NCBI RefSeq assembly: GCF_006345805.1
Contig: NC_043005.1
Coordinates: 51,150,001-51,214,000 of the forward strand
DNA: 64,000 nucleotides
DNA from: Octopus sinensis
Taxonomy: Eukaryota
Direction of reading: 5' to 3'
Shown here: one piece after another, positions 1 to 64,000 of the stretch
Layout of the letters: each line of letters begins with the position of its first letter
How positions within the stretch are numbered: the first letter of the stretch is position 1
Made by a program: the position numbers and the translations under genes
The notes under the pieces: generated by a model
What the model saw: only the letters and a program-made list of their open reading frames with translations
Databases searched by the model: none
What the model was told of the DNA's origin: nothing

Positions 1-1231
1 ATTAATTTTAATATGGGGTAAGACCGCCTTTGGCAGTAATTACAGCTTCAATTCTACGAGGTATAGAATCGTACAAAGTTTGAATTGTTTCCAAAGGAAT
101 TTTTGTCCATTTTTCAGCTAAAACAGTCTCCAGTTTCTGTAGTGATAATGGTGGAGGATATCGACTCCTTACTTGTTTTTCTAAAATGCACCATAAATGT
201 TCAATAATATTGAGATCTGAGGACTGTGGTGGCTGCATAAGATGTTCAACATCACTAGAATTTTCCTCCGGCCATTCAGTAACAACTTTAGCTGTGTGAA
301 TTAGTGCATTATCATCCTGAAAGACTACGTTTCCCTCCGGAAACAGTTCTGCAACCATAGGATGAATTTGATCGGACAAAATGCTTAAATGGTCTTGACT
401 ATCAATTCTTCCATGAAGGGAAACAATTGGACCGGCAGATTTCTAAGATATAACCCCCCACCTAGATCATTACAGATCCTCTTCCATGTTTAACAGTTGG
501 AAGAAGGCAGTCTGGGTCAAATGGTTCTTTTGACTGTCTCCACACGTATACTCGGCCGGTGATTGGAAATAAGGTAAAGGATAACTCGTCCGGGAAAATA
601 ATTCTTTCACTTCTCTAGGGACCAATTCTGTAAGATTTTTCTCCACTCTAAACGCTTTGGCACGTTTGTTTTTGAAAGTTGTAGTTTTCTGATTGCAGCG
701 CTGCCGTGAAATCCGGCTTTGTGCATCTCTCGGCGAACGGTTTTTGTGGAAACTGGGTTCTCGAGGTGGTCATTAAGCTCTGCAGTAATTTTGTGAGCTG
801 TACTTTTGTGATCCTTTCTAACAATTTGCATAAGAATCCGACTGTCCCTGTCTGAAAATTTTGGTTTTCTCCCGGAGTTTTGTTTCGATGAGGAGGTTTT
901 TTCCTCTTTCTCAAAGGGTGCCGTTACTTTCGAGAAAGTACTTCTTGATACACTAAATATTCCGGCTGTTTTCGTTGCGCTAGCGCCTGCCATACGAGCA
1001 CCAACAATTTGACCTTTTTGAAAGTCCGGTAGATTTGTTATTTCAATAAATTTTAATCACCTTTTCTGATGATATCTGAAAAGAAACAGCAATTTTAGCA
1101 AAATATATTAAGCAACACTAATAACAAATAAAAAAAAACGTAAAAATAAAGAAGCTCTTGACGGTTTTCTAGATATTTCAAAATTACAATGTTATGATGC
1201 TAGGTGTTTCCATTATTTTGCCCGACCCCTG
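1..1231 (-). mobile_element. Decayed Tc1-family DNA transposon (transposase pseudogene, 5' TIR at about 1204-1231)
   Basis: ORFs 607-993 (HTH, SGRKPK, VRREMHKAGFHG) and 8-379 (FQDDNALIH..., PPQSSDLNIIEHLW, close to Tc1 WPxQSPDLNPIE). TIR CAGGGGTCGGGCAAAATAATGGAAACAC flanked by TA. Confidence 0.92.
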
Positions 1232-2370
1232 TATATATACATATAGATGAGTGTGTGTCTGTGTACATGTGTGTATATGCGCGTGTGTGCATAAATGTAT
1301 ATTTAATCAGTATATTTTCTATATGTTTATTAATCCCTATATTCTCCTACACAAAAAACTACCTTTAGATCTTCATATCAATCTCCCTATAATCTAGCTA
1401 TCAATCAGTCTATCTATATATCTGTCTATCTATCTATCGACCAATCAGTTATCCCTTTTTTTTATTGGCGTTCTTCTCCACCCCTTCTCTCTCTTAGAAG
1501 AAGAAGAAGAGAAGAAGAAGAAGAAGAAGAAGAAGAAGAAGAAGAAGGAGGAGGAGGAGGAGGAGGAGGAGGAGGAGAATGATATTTAAGAATGAAAATT
1601 TAGGGACAATTTATGTAATAAAATAAAAGTTGTTTTCTTCTTTAGTAAAAACATAATTTGAAATATCGATTTTAGTAATCGAAGTAAAAATAAGAAAACG
1701 TCATCTTCTGAGTAAAAACCTGCACACCCAAATATCGATTATGTCAAAATTACGAAATTCCAGATGTAATCGTTTATGTGTGTGACACCTGTTGAGTTTG
1801 TTGTGTAGATGCATATAGGTCTTCGAATTTCTAATGATTTTCTTTTTCTGTATGTTTTCTGTTTTTAGTTTCTTTAATTGGTTGTTGATTTTCGCTTTAT
1901 GTCTGGGAACCGTTGAAATATTTTTGCTACCATGAAATGTCATCAATGACTTTGTTGACAGATGTAAGCCAATGATAATTGTATTTTCTTTTAGACTTCC
2001 GTTTTTATTGTTTTTTGGTAATGTTGATGGTAATGATGATGATCATGGCAGCCATGATAATATAGTTAGCGTCCATATATGGTTATTCAAACTATCCCCA
2101 TCACCACCACCACCACCATTACTACTACCACCAACACTACCACCACCGCACACAGACTTCTTCGAAAAAGGAAGTATAAAAAGAATTTTCGCCAGATACC
2201 TGGCGACAAACTTTGTCCTCTCACCTTGTTGGCTCTTCATATTCCTTGCTTTCGTTTTTGCTATTAATTCAAGAAGGAAATAAGGAAATAAAAAAAAAAC
2301 AGAGAATTAATACCAGCGGCAAAAGATTTGCCATAGCGACCCGGGAAGTGAGAAGTTGGAGAGATAAAGT

Positions 2371-63367
<60,997 letters not shown>

Positions 63368-64000
63368 GTAAGTAATCAGTATTTTCGTATTTATTTATTG
63401 TTAGTGTTGCTGTTGCTGCTATGCTGATTTTGTCTAGCCTCAAATCAGCCTTAGTCGGTCTTTTTACCGAACCGCTAGGTTATGGGAGGTAAAGAAGCTA
63501 ACGCTGTTAAGCGTTGGGCGGGGAGGAAAGCATAAAAACAAACATACACGCAGAAATATATGCATCTTTGCATACATACAAACATAATACGTATGTGCAG
63601 ATAATATGTATGTGTATGTGCAGATTTCTGTGTTTTATGCATATGTTTATATGTATTTATATGCACGTATTATTTTGTCTAGCCTCAAATCAGTCTTGGT
63701 ACCAGCTGTTGACTATCATCCCTCAATGATCGATAAAATAAATGCTGGAATGGTATGACCACAGCAAAAGAAAACTAGCAGATTAAATTGCTAAGTGATG
63801 AAAGTACTTGTAAAAGTGGTGAAGATAAGGATCACTGCACTTCTTATTGTAGTTCTGTATTGGTACTCAGTTCTCCTATCAGGGCATTGCGAACTTACTT
63901 TGCTGAGTAAATTGGCGTAATAAAGGTTATTTTCTCGTTCAATTGTCCAATTGTTGTGCAATCCTTTTAAAATATCTAGTCGAGAATCTAAACTACGATC

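Overview
AT-rich, microsatellite- and SINE-dense animal genomic DNA. The SINE families resemble those of Octopus, so a coleoid cephalopod origin is inferred. One + strand protein-coding gene spans the window. I reconstructed 21 GT-AG exons from 2371 to 63367; every splice phase is consistent, there is no stop codon, the CDS is 3526 nt (about 1175 codons) and it continues past the window end. The protein reads signal peptide - fibrillin/EMI-like CCxGW module - EGF - 6-Cys TB-like module - VWD1-C8-TIL-E - VWD2-C8-TIL-E - TIL'-E' - VWD3 (with GDPH), i.e. a secreted vWF / gel-forming mucin / SCO-spondin / otogelin-class protein with an unusual fibrillin-like head. The introns hold decayed Tc1, mariner, Merlin, Helitron, Tigger-like, R4/Dong, RTE and CR1-like elements and three tRNA-SINE families. 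The main signal those annotations do not explain is more than a dozen minimal type I hammerhead ribozyme motifs (stem I - CUGANGA - stem II - GAAAC - palindrome - GUH - stem I') from several unrelated sequence families. They lie in short Penelope/retrozyme-like units next to (TA)n tracts, often in 170-500 bp foldback palindromes, and once as a tandem pair that would release a 360-nt monomer. Most ORFs in the supplied track are microsatellite artefacts. All coordinates and translations were read by hand, and repeat boundaries are approximate.
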